Source of the DNA: an uncultured virus (IMG/VR IMGVR_UViG_3300029309_000012)
Lineage: Duplodnaviria > Heunggongvirae > Uroviricota > Caudoviricetes
DNA length: 20,000 bases
Reading direction: 5' to 3' (one strand)
IMG/VR virus record: IMGVR_UViG_3300029309_000012
The position numbers were made by a program, and so were the translations under genes. The notes below the pieces were generated by a model. It was given only the letters and a program-made list of their open reading frames with translations. It did not search any database and was not told where the DNA came from. Each line of letters starts with the position of its first letter. Positions within the stretch are counted from its first letter, which is position 1. Shown here piece by piece: positions 7,912 to 16,096 of the stretch.

Positions 7912-8574
7912 TCATAGTGCCGCCCATTTGGCAACCTGTTCCAGCGTGAGCGGTGGCGTACGGCCAGCCTTGAGGTTATGCCTAGTCATCTCAACGGTTG
8001 CAGCCCGGACGGCCTCTGCATCCACGCCGCGGTCTGCCAGGCTCCTGGCGAAGTCCTCGCTCTGACCAGCCATCCTCCGCTGGCCAGATGCCATCTCGAC
8101 GCCCTGGACAAACGCTTGCGCCAATATCCGAAAGTCCGAACTCTCACCCCCGGACCCCCTTCTCTTATGCTGAACCTCCTGCTCTTCAGCCGGCTCCTCT
8201 GCCACCTTTGGCCGTGGCGCAAAGAACTGCTCTTTTGATGGCAGCGGTGTTTGCGGTCCTTCAAACAGCACCTGGTATCGGTTGGTCTTCCACTTCGACT
8301 TGGCCTTGAAAGGATAGGCGCGGGGTTGCAGCTTTCGTATGTAGCCAGTCTCCAGCAGCCTCTTGAGATGTACGCTGACAGTCTTGGTGCTTCGGGAGAT
8401 ATGCCTGGACAGAGTGAGCCTGGACGGCCAGCAGATGCCATAAGCATTGGTATGCAGACAGAGGGCTCCGAGCGTTCTGAGCGTCGTCCAGTGCATCTTA
8501 TCGTCCTGGATGGCTCTAGCTGGGATCACGCTATACTTGCGGATGTCGGGCTTATCAGAAGGGGATTGGGTCAT
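7912..8574 (-). CDS. Helix-turn-helix replication-initiator-like protein
   Basis: YSVIPARAIQD...CWPSRLTLSRHISRSTKTVSVHLKRLLETGYI...NRYQV: wHTH typical of phage replisome organisers. Confidence 0.75.
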   Translation of the reverse strand: MTQSPSDKPDIRKYSVIPARAIQDDKMHWTTLRTLGALCLHTNAYGICWPSRLTLSRHISRSTKTVSVHLKRLLETGYIRKLQPRAYPFKAKSKWKTNRYQVLFEGPQTPLPSKEQFFAPRPKVAEEPAEEQEVQHKRRGSGGESSDFRILAQAFVQGVEMASGQRRMAGQSEDFARSLADRGVDAEAVRAATVEMTRHNLKAGRTPPLTLEQVAKWAAL

Positions 8575-9148
8575 TTGGCGTCTTATCCTTTGGCTCAATG
8601 TCAGTGACCTTTGCACCAGCGAAGTGTTGTTTGATCTCCAGGACGGTCCCTGGCACGAAGGCAAGCAACTCCTCTGCCGCCAGGTAGACGACACCTTCGG
8701 GCTGCTCTTTGGGCATCTCTTCGACAGACCTGACCAGGCGGACGGTCCATTGCTTATGCCGCATCTCCCAGAAGTCAGTTGGGTCTAGTGTCCTGGCTCC
8801 GATCCTGGTCGCCTCTTCATCAAGAGCAATCCAGGCACGTTTCATCTGCGCCCCTAGTTTCTGGATACGCTCATCATCATTCGCAGCGATTGCGGTGTTA
8901 AATCTGTCTCGTGCAGTCAGGAACTTTTTGCCCAGTGTCTCATCAACCAGACGCTCCAACCTATCGACCCCCCACTTCAATTCCATCTCTCTCGCCACCA
9001 GGTCATGAGCCTCGACCATCAGCCTCGCATCATCGGACAACCGGACAGTGGGACAGGACTCTAGAGAGTGTCCTGTCCGTCCCGTCTGTCGGACATTTGT
9101 CCCAAAGATGTCCCGCTGTCCGTAACCCTTTGTTTTCATTCTGGACAT
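8555..9148 (-). CDS. Hypothetical phage protein (start uncertain; 5' part overlaps origin repeats)
   Basis: ARE-MELKWGVDRLERLV, RAWIALDEEA, C-terminal NDPIPF acidic-aromatic tail. Confidence 0.7.
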   Translation of the reverse strand: MSRMKTKGYGQRDIFGTNVRQTGRTGHSLESCPTVRLSDDARLMVEAHDLVAREMELKWGVDRLERLVDETLGKKFLTARDRFNTAIAANDDERIQKLGAQMKRAWIALDEEATRIGARTLDPTDFWEMRHKQWTVRLVRSVEEMPKEQPEGVVYLAAEELLAFVPGTVLEIKQHFAGAKVTDIEPKDKTPNDPIPF

Positions 9149-9168
9149 TCTGTCCGTCCCAACTGTCC
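9035..9168. repeat. GGACA/TGTCC pentamer cluster, putative replication origin
   Basis: About 12 GGACA/TGTCC copies in 134 bp, including the inverted repeat GGACAGGAC-N10-GTCCTGTCC (9051-9078), immediately after the primase-helicase stop. Confidence 0.7.
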
Positions 9169-9170
9169 CA

Positions 9171-11012
9171 TCATGTTTTCACCCTCCAGACCAGATTTTG
9201 CCATTTTGCGGCGATATTTCGCTGAATAAGAGCCTCTGCTGCCCTGCTAAAAGCCTTCCTTTCGGCGTCTGGATTGCCTGTAGAAATGCTCTTTGCCAGG
9301 GCGATATTTCGCCATTGCGCCTCATCGACCACCTGGACGCCGGCAGGATAGTTCTCACCGCCGGGCGATGGCTTGCCATGTTGGATGAGTGCCTCGGTTA
9401 GGGCGTCCAGGACAGCCCTCTGAGCCGGCCTGAGGCCCTTTGTATTGCCGCCTGTAGGTTGATCCGTCCTGGTCAGCACCAGGCTTGTATCGCTCTCCAG
9501 GGCCAGGGCATCGGTTGATAGTTCGACGCTGGAGGTATTCATCCAGATCGGGTCCATCATCTCTGCGTCCTTTTGCTTCTCCACAGTGAGGCTGACGGCC
9601 TCTCCCATACGCTCCACCCTCATGGACAGGTCTACAGCGCCGAGCGTGGCTGATGAGCCTCTGTGGCCTCTGCTGCTGTCCTTTCCAGAGTGGTGGATAA
9701 ACATGACGCAACAGCCGAAGGCATCTCTGACCTCATCCATAGCCTTGATGGTGCGGCCCATATCCTGGCTGCTGTTCTCATCGCCCTGCATTGATCTGGC
9801 GAGAGTGTCGAAGATAACCAGGGAGACGGGGCCCTGGGCTGTTGCCTGGATTGTGGTGTGAAGGTCCTGGGTGTTGATCTCATCCATCAGATCGACGGCA
9901 GTCGGAATCACGATGAAGGGTGCGGCCTGGTCCTTGCCATTATGCTTATGCCAGGCGGCAATCCTCTTCTTGAGGCCACCAACGCCTTCGCCTGCCACAT
10001 ATACGACCTGGCCACCCAGGACGGGCTGGTCCTGCCAGGCAGTCTTGTGGGCGATACTGAGAGCCATATCCAGGGCAATGAATGTCTTACCGCAGCCTGG
10101 CTCTCCATACATCATGGCCAGGGACTTGTCTGGCACCAGGCCTTCGACCAGCCACTCGACTGGCGGCAGTTGTGCAATGTCACTGAGCGAGAGTGTTGGC
10201 AGTGGTGTGACGCGCTCTCTAATCTCTTCTGCGGCTCTGATCAGTTGGCCCAGGGCCTGTCTGTCACCGCCGGCATCTAGCCAGTCTGTGACATCGCCTT
10301 TGTCCTTGTCTGACAACTTGACGACTTTGATCCGCTTGGCCTTGCCCTGGAGTTGGCCCAGGAGAGTGCGGACATGGGCATCGCCGGCCTTGTCATTGTG
10401 GGGCAGGATGATGACATCACGGCCCTCAAACCATTTGTTGAGGCTGTCGGCCCACTTGCCGGCCCCACCAGAATTACAGGTTGTGACGAAGCCCAGGGCG
10501 GCAAGATTGTCCGCGTCCTTCTCACCCTCACAGATGAAGATGGGCTTGTCTGGATTGTTGATGATGTCGGGCAAGTGATAGGGCAGGGGTTCGGCATCCC
10601 CAAGGCCCCATACCGTTTTGCCATTAACAATGCGCCGCTGCCGGAAGGTCTTTGGCTCATAACGGCACACTTCATATGTTACCTCACCATGCTCATCGAC
10701 ATACGGGTAGGTCGCCACCAGGGAAGTCCTGATGGTGTCATGACCGTTGGCTTGGCCATTGGGTCGCTCGACTTCGATGCCGATGCTCTCCAGGAACTCA
10801 GGCACATTGGCCAGTGGATTGTCGCGTTTGATCAGGCTGGATACGCCGCCGCCGGTCTCTGTTTCGTGGCAAAACCAGGTGCCCTTCTCCAGGTCTACGC
10901 TCATGGAGCCGTGGCTACCCCAGCGCAATTCCCTCTTGTTGGATAGCTTTGCGTTTGGCTCACCCAAAAGAGCCTTGGCCACTATCTCTATGTGTTGTGC
11001 TAATTCTGACAT
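9171..11012 (-). CDS. Primase-helicase: N-terminal Zn-ribbon-like region, TOPRIM primase, RepA/AAA_25 helicase
   Basis: TOPRIM IFICEGEKDAD and ILPHNDKAG; Walker A GEPGCGKT; VVYVAGEG; Walker B VIFDTLAR; IHHSGKD..RGSS. Confidence 0.92.
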   Translation of the reverse strand: MSELAQHIEIVAKALLGEPNAKLSNKRELRWGSHGSMSVDLEKGTWFCHETETGGGVSSLIKRDNPLANVPEFLESIGIEVERPNGQANGHDTIRTSLVATYPYVDEHGEVTYEVCRYEPKTFRQRRIVNGKTVWGLGDAEPLPYHLPDIINNPDKPIFICEGEKDADNLAALGFVTTCNSGGAGKWADSLNKWFEGRDVIILPHNDKAGDAHVRTLLGQLQGKAKRIKVVKLSDKDKGDVTDWLDAGGDRQALGQLIRAAEEIRERVTPLPTLSLSDIAQLPPVEWLVEGLVPDKSLAMMYGEPGCGKTFIALDMALSIAHKTAWQDQPVLGGQVVYVAGEGVGGLKKRIAAWHKHNGKDQAAPFIVIPTAVDLMDEINTQDLHTTIQATAQGPVSLVIFDTLARSMQGDENSSQDMGRTIKAMDEVRDAFGCCVMFIHHSGKDSSRGHRGSSATLGAVDLSMRVERMGEAVSLTVEKQKDAEMMDPIWMNTSSVELSTDALALESDTSLVLTRTDQPTGGNTKGLRPAQRAVLDALTEALIQHGKPSPGGENYPAGVQVVDEAQWRNIALAKSISTGNPDAERKAFSRAAEALIQRNIAAKWQNLVWRVKT

Positions 11013-11021
11013 AATCACCCC

Positions 11022-11057
11022 AAAAGAATGGGGCGGAGAGCGTGAACCCCCCGCCCC
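11022..11057 (-). terminator. Intrinsic terminator or attenuator between the SSB-like gene and primase
   Basis: Minus strand GGGGCGGGGGG-TTCACG-CTCTCCGCCCC-ATTCTTTT: 11-bp stem with G.U pairs and a U-rich tail. Confidence 0.7.
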
Positions 11058-11065
11058 GTACCGGC

Positions 11066-11590
11066 TCAAAACAAGATTTCGTCATCGTCCTCTTGTTTGG
11101 CTTCTTCTTGCTTCGGGGCAGGGGGTGTCTCTGCCTCTGGCTTATCCATCCACTTCACCAGTTCAAAGTTGGGTATGCGGGTAGCGCCTTTGCCACTGGT
11201 GTCAGCGGTTGAGCCGGCATATTTAAGAGCAGCAGCTTTGCCCTGGTTGTCGGACATCTGTGCGTGGATTGTCTTCCAGATAGCGCCCAGGCCGCGATTA
11301 ACGCCGGCACCATTGGATGACCACTCGCGCCAGCCGATGTCCTTGATGTACACCATGACGCTGAAACCGCGCTTGTACTCACCATCAGGCTTGGGCCCTC
11401 TGACGCCCAGGGTTTCATCCCAGACCCACTCCGGGGCCACGCCCTCCTGGATCAGGCCCCAGCCCGTCTTGAGGCTGTCAGGGTCCATAGTGATGCCCTT
11501 GAGGTCGATCTCATTGTCATCGACATACCAGGCATTAACAGATGGTTTGAAGCGGATGTACTCAGCAGAGCCGCCGTCTAGATCAAGCAT
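11066..11590 (-). CDS. Probable single-stranded DNA-binding protein
   Basis: Aromatic beta-rich core with acidic C-terminal tail EDDDEILF; located in the replication module. Confidence 0.65.
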   Translation of the reverse strand: MLDLDGGSAEYIRFKPSVNAWYVDDNEIDLKGITMDPDSLKTGWGLIQEGVAPEWVWDETLGVRGPKPDGEYKRGFSVMVYIKDIGWREWSSNGAGVNRGLGAIWKTIHAQMSDNQGKAAALKYAGSTADTSGKGATRIPNFELVKWMDKPEAETPPAPKQEEAKQEDDDEILF

Positions 11591-11930
11591 TGTCTCTTTC
11601 TCCTTGCTCGTTTAGCCACCCCATGTCAGTTGCAAACCTGACCATCAGGCTTTCCGGGATGACGTACAGTCGATGCTTTCGATCCGCTCTTACGATCAGA
11701 AGGTCCGCATCATCTTGAGAGAGCCATTTGTATAACTCTCTGAAGCCGTCCTTTCGGCGCTTGCACTCGACCAGGAGCCCGTTGAGGTTCAGGTCGCCAG
11801 CAAGGTCAGCCGAATAATGTTTGTATGCCCCTGACCCAAGGACGCGCCGGCACTCAACGCCAAGGTCGCTCCAGAAGTCCTGGGCCTCTTTCTCCAACTC
11901 ATAGCCACGTTGCTTATTGCGCCGGCTCAT
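11583..11930 (-). CDS. Holliday junction resolvase (PD-(D/E)XK, Hjc-like)
   Basis: NKQRGYELEKE, RRVLGSGA, GDL, VECKRRK. Confidence 0.85.
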   Translation of the reverse strand: MSRRNKQRGYELEKEAQDFWSDLGVECRRVLGSGAYKHYSADLAGDLNLNGLLVECKRRKDGFRELYKWLSQDDADLLIVRADRKHRLYVIPESLMVRFATDMGWLNEQGERDNA

Positions 11931-12115
11931 CTCACTGCCTTCGCAATCTGGTCTAGTGTTTGGCTATTAGAAGCCGCCTGGACACGTTTTGCCAAATTTT
12001 CTCTCAAGATTTCTTCAACCAGGCTCGACACAGAGCGGCGCTGGCTTTTTGCCAGTGTTTTCAACTCTGTGGCTACATCCTGGGAGAGGTAAAGAGAGTA
12101 TTGTTTGACCTCCAT
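11927..12115 (-). CDS. Ribbon-helix-helix (Arc/CopG-like) regulator
   Basis: KQYSLYLS-QDVATELKTLAKSQRRSVSSLVEEILRE; AAAGGAG RBS; first gene of the leftward operon. Confidence 0.85.
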   Translation of the reverse strand: MEVKQYSLYLSQDVATELKTLAKSQRRSVSSLVEEILRENLAKRVQAASNSQTLDQIAKAVR

Positions 12116-12161
12116 TTCGGCTCCTTTGGAAAAATAATTGTAAAAAAGTACCGTTTGGCTA

Positions 12162-12190
12162 TTGCAATAACACTAAAGCGGTACTAGGTT
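12162..12190 (+). promoter_or_regulatory. Rightward sigma70-type promoter in the divergent control region
   Basis: TTGCAA - 17 nt - TAGGTT; overlapped by palindrome TATTGCAATA (12160-12169) and inverted pair AGTACCGTTT / AAGCGGTACT. Confidence 0.65.
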
Positions 12191-12231
12191 AAAGGTGAAA
12201 GTGAAGTGAACAGAGAGAGGAGAGACCCCTG

Positions 12232-12501
12232 ATGCCTGACACATTTCGCATCCCCAAGCGTTACTACGACGATCATGTCGATTGTGACTGCGAGGCTCCG
12301 GCAATCATCAAAACCACCAAGCAGCACTACTGGATTCGGGCAGAAGAGACGCCTGAGATGGCTGAGTTCCGAAGCCGTGCGGCTTTTTACGCCGAGCCCC
12401 ACATCGACCCGGACAGCCCTTACTTGTGGGGCTTAGTTGTTAGCGCCCGGGCGACCATCAAAGTGATCGGAGAAACAACAGAGGAGACTGCCAATGACTA
12501 A
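12232..12501 (+). CDS. Hypothetical early protein
   Basis: GAGGAG RBS; first ORF of the plus-strand arm. Confidence 0.7.
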   Translation: MPDTFRIPKRYYDDHVDCDCEAPAIIKTTKQHYWIRAEETPEMAEFRSRAAFYAEPHIDPDSPYLWGLVVSARATIKVIGETTEETAND

Positions 12502-13054
12502 ATGGAACAGAGAAGCCGACACCCAGGGCGCGATGAAGATCGCAGACAAGCACAGTACCGCGGTGGCCTATGTCTGGGCTGGCGATGTGCCGGTGGTCAA
12601 AACCTACTGCGCCAAGCGGCAGAAGCACGACGGGTGGTATCGGTTCCCCAAGGGGGCCAAGGCCGCAGAGCGGTATATCGCTGACTACTTCGCCGGGGTC
12701 CAGGCCCATGAGCAAGCCAAAGCCGACTACAAGGCGCGGCAAGAGGCAGAGGCTGACCAGGTTGAGGTCGGCGGCATCTACAACACAAGCTGGGGTTATG
12801 ACCAGACCAACGTGGACTTCTACCAGGTGGTCGGGCGGACGGCCAAGACTGTCCAGTACATCGGCCTGGGCAAGAGCATCTATGACACTGACTGCCCCGC
12901 GGCTGACACTTGTGTCCCGGACACCACCATCAAGGGCGAGAAGGTCTACACCGCCAAGATCAACGGCAACGGCTGGCGGATCGGGACCTTTCGGTTCGCC
13001 CGTCCCTGGGACGGCAAGCCGCAACATCAGACAGCAACAGGCTGGGGCCACTAG
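12494..13054 (+). CDS. Hypothetical early phage protein
   Basis: [24 protein letters not shown] motif; coding-like codon usage. Confidence 0.8.
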   Translation: MTKWNREADTQGAMKIADKHSTAVAYVWAGDVPVVKTYCAKRQKHDGWYRFPKGAKAAERYIADYFAGVQAHEQAKADYKARQEAEADQVEVGGIYNTSWGYDQTNVDFYQVVGRTAKTVQYIGLGKSIYDTDCPAADTCVPDTTIKGEKVYTAKINGNGWRIGTFRFARPWDGKPQHQTATGWGH

Positions 13055-13061
13055 AGGAGAG

Positions 13062-13268
13062 ATGATGAACATCAGAAACGGAAACGGTTATCTGCCAGGC
13101 AGCTACTTCGACGCCGAGGTCAAGCGCCTGGTAAAGCAGCCCACCTGGGCCCTCAAGAACATGATTAAGGCCCTCAAGATGCACCACTGGCTCAACACCA
13201 ATGAGGAGCGGGTGCGGCTTGAGGCAGCGAAGGTAGCGTTGAAACAGAAGCGGGGCGCTAAATGCTGA
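13062..13268 (+). CDS. Hypothetical protein (68 aa)
   Basis: GAGGAG RBS before ATG 13062; [31 protein letters not shown]. This is the real 3' part of track ORF 12570..13268. Confidence 0.75.
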   Translation: MMNIRNGNGYLPGSYFDAEVKRLVKQPTWALKNMIKALKMHHWLNTNEERVRLEAAKVALKQKRGAKC

Positions 13269-13552
13269 GTATCGGACAAGAACTCTACTACACCGGGGGG
13301 CGTAACTTCACGCCCCGTTGGGCTGTCATCGAATGTCTGGTCGACCAGGACAAGTTCGGGGCGCGGTTAAGCAGTGGTGGCACGGCCCTGATCACTGAGG
13401 CTGATGTCCACACCGAATGGGCCGGGCCAGGGATGCTCAAGCCATGCGGCAAGGATGTCCTCTGGATCACCCTGGGGGCCTTCAAACAATACCGTCTGAA
13501 ACAATGGGGATACTACAAAGATGATGACACGAGAACAGCAACAGGCGCGTGA
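13262..13552 (+). CDS. Hypothetical protein
   Basis: Overlaps both neighbours in the operon. Confidence 0.6.
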   Translation: MLSIGQELYYTGGRNFTPRWAVIECLVDQDKFGARLSSGGTALITEADVHTEWAGPGMLKPCGKDVLWITLGAFKQYRLKQWGYYKDDDTRTATGA

Positions 13553-13793
13553 CGCCTGGCTTGCCAGGGACGAAGCCGAGGCACAGAAGAGCCTGGGCGA
13601 GATCAACGGGATCGAAGCCTACGCCAAGGCGACAGACGACCAGAAAGCCATCATCGCCTTTGGCATGACGCCCATCGAATTGTTCCCGGTCAACTGTGCA
13701 TACGGGGGCAGGGCGACACACCCACAGTGGCGGACAGGCTTCGCCATAGGGCTGATGACTGCGGCGCGTATGAATGGGGGGATGAGGGTCTGA
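13521..13793 (+). CDS. Hypothetical protein
   Basis: 90 aa ending at a hairpin; coding-like codon usage. Confidence 0.65.
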   Translation: MMTREQQQARDAWLARDEAEAQKSLGEINGIEAYAKATDDQKAIIAFGMTPIELFPVNCAYGGRATHPQWRTGFAIGLMTAARMNGGMRV

Positions 13794-13810
13794 GGCCTTC
13801 GCCCCCTTTA
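13776..13810 (+). terminator. Probable intrinsic terminator
   Basis: GGGGG..TGAGGGTC-TGA-GGCCTTCG-CCCCC-TTTA; the T tail is short. Confidence 0.55.
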
Positions 13811-13814
13811 GCTA

Positions 13815-13843
13815 TTGTAACCAGGGTGAATACCCATTATATG
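13815..13843 (+). promoter_or_regulatory. Promoter for the recombinase operon
   Basis: TTGTAA - 17 nt - TATATG; spacer holds GGGT-GAAT-ACCC; AAAGGAG RBS downstream. Confidence 0.6.
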
Positions 13844-13862
13844 TAGAGTGAAAGGAGAGAGC

Positions 13863-14012
13863 ATGAAGACAGCAATACAGTTCCTGGCCTTTATGATCAC
13901 GACCTACCAGACCGCTACCTATGAGCAGTGGCTGGCAGCGTTTGAGGCTTTGCCCCTGGCAGAGCAGGCCAAGGTCAAGACAGCAATCAAAGAGATGAAG
14001 GAGATTGCCTGA
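13863..14012 (+). CDS. Small hypothetical protein (49 aa)
   Basis: Not in the ORF track. AAAGGAG RBS; MKTAIQFLAFMITTYQTATYEQWLAAFEALPLAEQAKVKTAIKEMKEIA*. Confidence 0.72.
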   Translation: MKTAIQFLAFMITTYQTATYEQWLAAFEALPLAEQAKVKTAIKEMKEIA

Positions 14013-14198
14013 TGAAGAGAACCATCAACCTGTTTGTCAGTGAGGACATCACAGAAGCCGCCAAGGCTGCACACAAAGCCGCCAGGGCCATGAGCAACGA
14101 TGGCGCCGACTGGAAGGATGTCGAGGCCATGTACTGGCACGCGACCAAGCTGTTTGAGATGGCCAGGGAATATGACGTTGAGGAGATTGCCTGATGAA
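13999..14198 (+). repeat. 18-bp direct repeat at two consecutive gene junctions
   Basis: AGGAGATTGCCTGATGAA at 13999-14016 and 14181-14198. Confidence 0.9.
14012..14194 (+). CDS. Small hypothetical protein
   Basis: AGGAG RBS; TGATG coupling at both ends. Confidence 0.72.
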   Translation: MKRTINLFVSEDITEAAKAAHKAARAMSNDGADWKDVEAMYWHATKLFEMAREYDVEEIA

Positions 14199-14406
14199 AA
14201 TCACCAGACTGAAGAAGGGCTATGTGATCCGCGTGACCGACACTGAGTTCAGCGTCCTGGATATCACAATGCAGGAAGGCAGAGGCTCTGGCATGTGGGT
14301 CGACGAAGATAACGGCCATATGAAGCCAGCCGAGCAGCGGATCATCACCGAGGTCAACACAAACAAGCGCGACTGGATGGTCGTCACAGAAGACAGGAGA
14401 GGGTGA
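14194..14406 (+). CDS. Small hypothetical protein
   Basis: AGGAG RBS; TGATG coupling. Confidence 0.72.
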   Translation: MKITRLKKGYVIRVTDTEFSVLDITMQEGRGSGMWVDEDNGHMKPAEQRIITEVNTNKRDWMVVTEDRRG

Positions 14407-15098
14407 TGGCACCCCATAGCGGCAAATTCATCGCCTATCTCAGGGTCTCGACCCAACGCCAGGGCCAGTCGGGCCTTGGCATAGAGGCGCAGCGCGAGAT
14501 CATCAACAACCATCTCAATGGTGGTGAGTGGGATGTGATCGCTGAATACACTGAGACAGAGAGTGGCAAGCGGTCTGACCGCCATCGCCGCCAACTCAAA
14601 GCCGCTCTCCAACAATGTAAAGCAGAGAACGCCACGCTGATCATAGCCAGGGTTGACCGTCTGACCCGTAACCTGGCGTTCCTGACCGCGCTCTTGGAAT
14701 CGGGTGTCCAGGTCATCGCTTGTGACATCCCTCAGATGCACTCACCAGCCGCCACCAAGTTCGTCCTGCAACTCATGGCCAATATCGCAGAGTATGAGGG
14801 CGAACTGATCTCAGAGCGTACCAAGAAGGCTCTCGCGGCCAAGAAGGCGAGGGGCCACAAGCTAGGCACCCCAACCCCAGAGAAGGGCGCAAAGGCCGGC
14901 GGTGCGGCCACAAAGGCCAGCATTGACGAATGGACCGAGGAGTTACGACCCATCGTCCAGGAACTCCGCACATATGGATGCGACACCCTGGAGAAGATGG
15001 GCAAGGGATTAGAGGCCAGGGGGGCTAGGACCTTCCGCGGCAACACAACCTGGGCACTGAGCAGTGTCCGCAACCTGGTAAAGAGGATTGAGGGATGA
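14403..15098 (+). CDS. Serine recombinase (resolvase/invertase catalytic domain plus short C-terminal DNA-binding region)
   Basis: IAYLRVSTQRQ with catalytic Ser, E.ESG, ARVDRLTRN, AEYEGELISERTKKAL, G.KLG.P; C-terminal LEARGART.RG..W..SSVRN. Confidence 0.92.
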   Translation: MMAPHSGKFIAYLRVSTQRQGQSGLGIEAQREIINNHLNGGEWDVIAEYTETESGKRSDRHRRQLKAALQQCKAENATLIIARVDRLTRNLAFLTALLESGVQVIACDIPQMHSPAATKFVLQLMANIAEYEGELISERTKKALAAKKARGHKLGTPTPEKGAKAGGAATKASIDEWTEELRPIVQELRTYGCDTLEKMGKGLEARGARTFRGNTTWALSSVRNLVKRIEG

Positions 15099-15577
15099 AA
15101 CCAGAACAGATTACCCAGGACAATGACTGGGCTATGGCCCCGCCTGCTGACATTTTTGAACGTCTGCTTACTGACTACAAACTGGCTGTTGCCGAGATTG
15201 AACTGGCACACCGACTAGCTCGTAATGAAACCGGGCATGGCCGAATGTCTGATTATTTTACCAGTACCAATAACCGATTGGGCTTTTACTACCTCATGCT
15301 GAAATGCAGCTATGTAAAGCAACCTTACACCGTCACCCAAATCGCTGAAGCACTCATAATCAGCCGGCAGAGTGCGACGACACTGGTACAGGAATGCCTG
15401 GCCGAGGGTTGGATAGAACAATGCGAATGTCCAAAAAAACATTATCAGGCTTCAAAAATTTTAATTGATGCCGACAGTCACTATGCCCTGCGGCGGCTGG
15501 AGAGACTTAAAAAAATCGGCTACCAAAAGGCCGCGCAGCCACTCCAAGAATACATGAAACTGTGTCAAACCGTTTGA
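15095..15577 (+). CDS. Winged-helix (MarR-like) DNA-binding protein
   Basis: YTVTQIAEALIISRQSATTLVQECLAEGWIE HTH; ATGA overlap with the recombinase. Confidence 0.7.
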   Translation: MKPEQITQDNDWAMAPPADIFERLLTDYKLAVAEIELAHRLARNETGHGRMSDYFTSTNNRLGFYYLMLKCSYVKQPYTVTQIAEALIISRQSATTLVQECLAEGWIEQCECPKKHYQASKILIDADSHYALRRLERLKKIGYQKAAQPLQEYMKLCQTV

Positions 15578-15645
15578 CATTGATTTTCTGGTTCTCAGAA
15601 ATATTTTGGAAAGTGAGGTGAACAATATGGGAAAGAATAGAGAAC
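15563..15645 (+). promoter_or_regulatory. Palindrome containing TTGACA, followed by a candidate alphaproteobacterial LexA box
   Basis: TGTCAAAC-C-GTTTGACA (15563-15579); GAAC-N7-GAAA-N7-GAAC (15620-15645). Confidence 0.45.
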
Positions 15646-16025
15646 CGAGCGTTGGTAAGATGAGTGAGTTTGATAAAGCCAAGCAAGAGGCGCGTGAGAT
15701 ATACGGCCTTTACAAGGGCAGTGCCACTGCCAGGGCAAAGCGATTTGCCAATGAGGAACACCGCTCAAAGTTGCTTGGGGGCAAGTCTGCTTGCCGCATC
15801 ACCATCCCGTCTCTCAAAGCAGAGCATCTTGATAGCGCGGTCTATCATTTGAGCAACCTGGTTGAGCAGTTGAAAGACGCACAACAGTCCGAGACAAACA
15901 CCATCGGCAAGATGTATCTGCTCCGCTCCTATGCCTACCAATGTCACCGGAACCTCAAGGTCGATGCAGACAGGGGCTACTCTGATCCGCGCCGTCCTTA
16001 TGAGGATTTTCGAGGGGCACGGTAA
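15627..16025 (+). CDS. Hypothetical protein (start 15627 or 15660)
   Basis: GAGGTG RBS before ATG 15627; open frame to 16025. Confidence 0.7.
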   Translation: MGKNREPSVGKMSEFDKAKQEAREIYGLYKGSATARAKRFANEEHRSKLLGGKSACRITIPSLKAEHLDSAVYHLSNLVEQLKDAQQSETNTIGKMYLLRSYAYQCHRNLKVDADRGYSDPRRPYEDFRGAR

Positions 16026-16096
16026 TCACCACATATTGTGGGTCAAGCAACTCTACCGTTTGGCTCTTGGTTACACTATTATGTTGGAGAACAAAC

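Noticed and set aside
9035..9168. GGACA repeats as a CRISPR array
   Set aside because: Repeats are 5 bp, irregularly spaced and in both orientations; no cas genes.
12570..13061. 5' part of the 232-aa plus-strand ORF
   Set aside because: Out-of-frame shadow of gene 12494-13054; the real start with RBS is at 13062.
14009..14198. CTGATGA in the junction repeats as a hammerhead ribozyme core
   Set aside because: No stem II followed by GAAA and no NUH site in a pairing context; explained by the TGA/ATG overlap.
15563..15579. Palindrome as the serine recombinase crossover site
   Set aside because: It has a 1-bp centre, whereas serine recombinase sites have a 2-bp central overlap; a regulator site is more likely.
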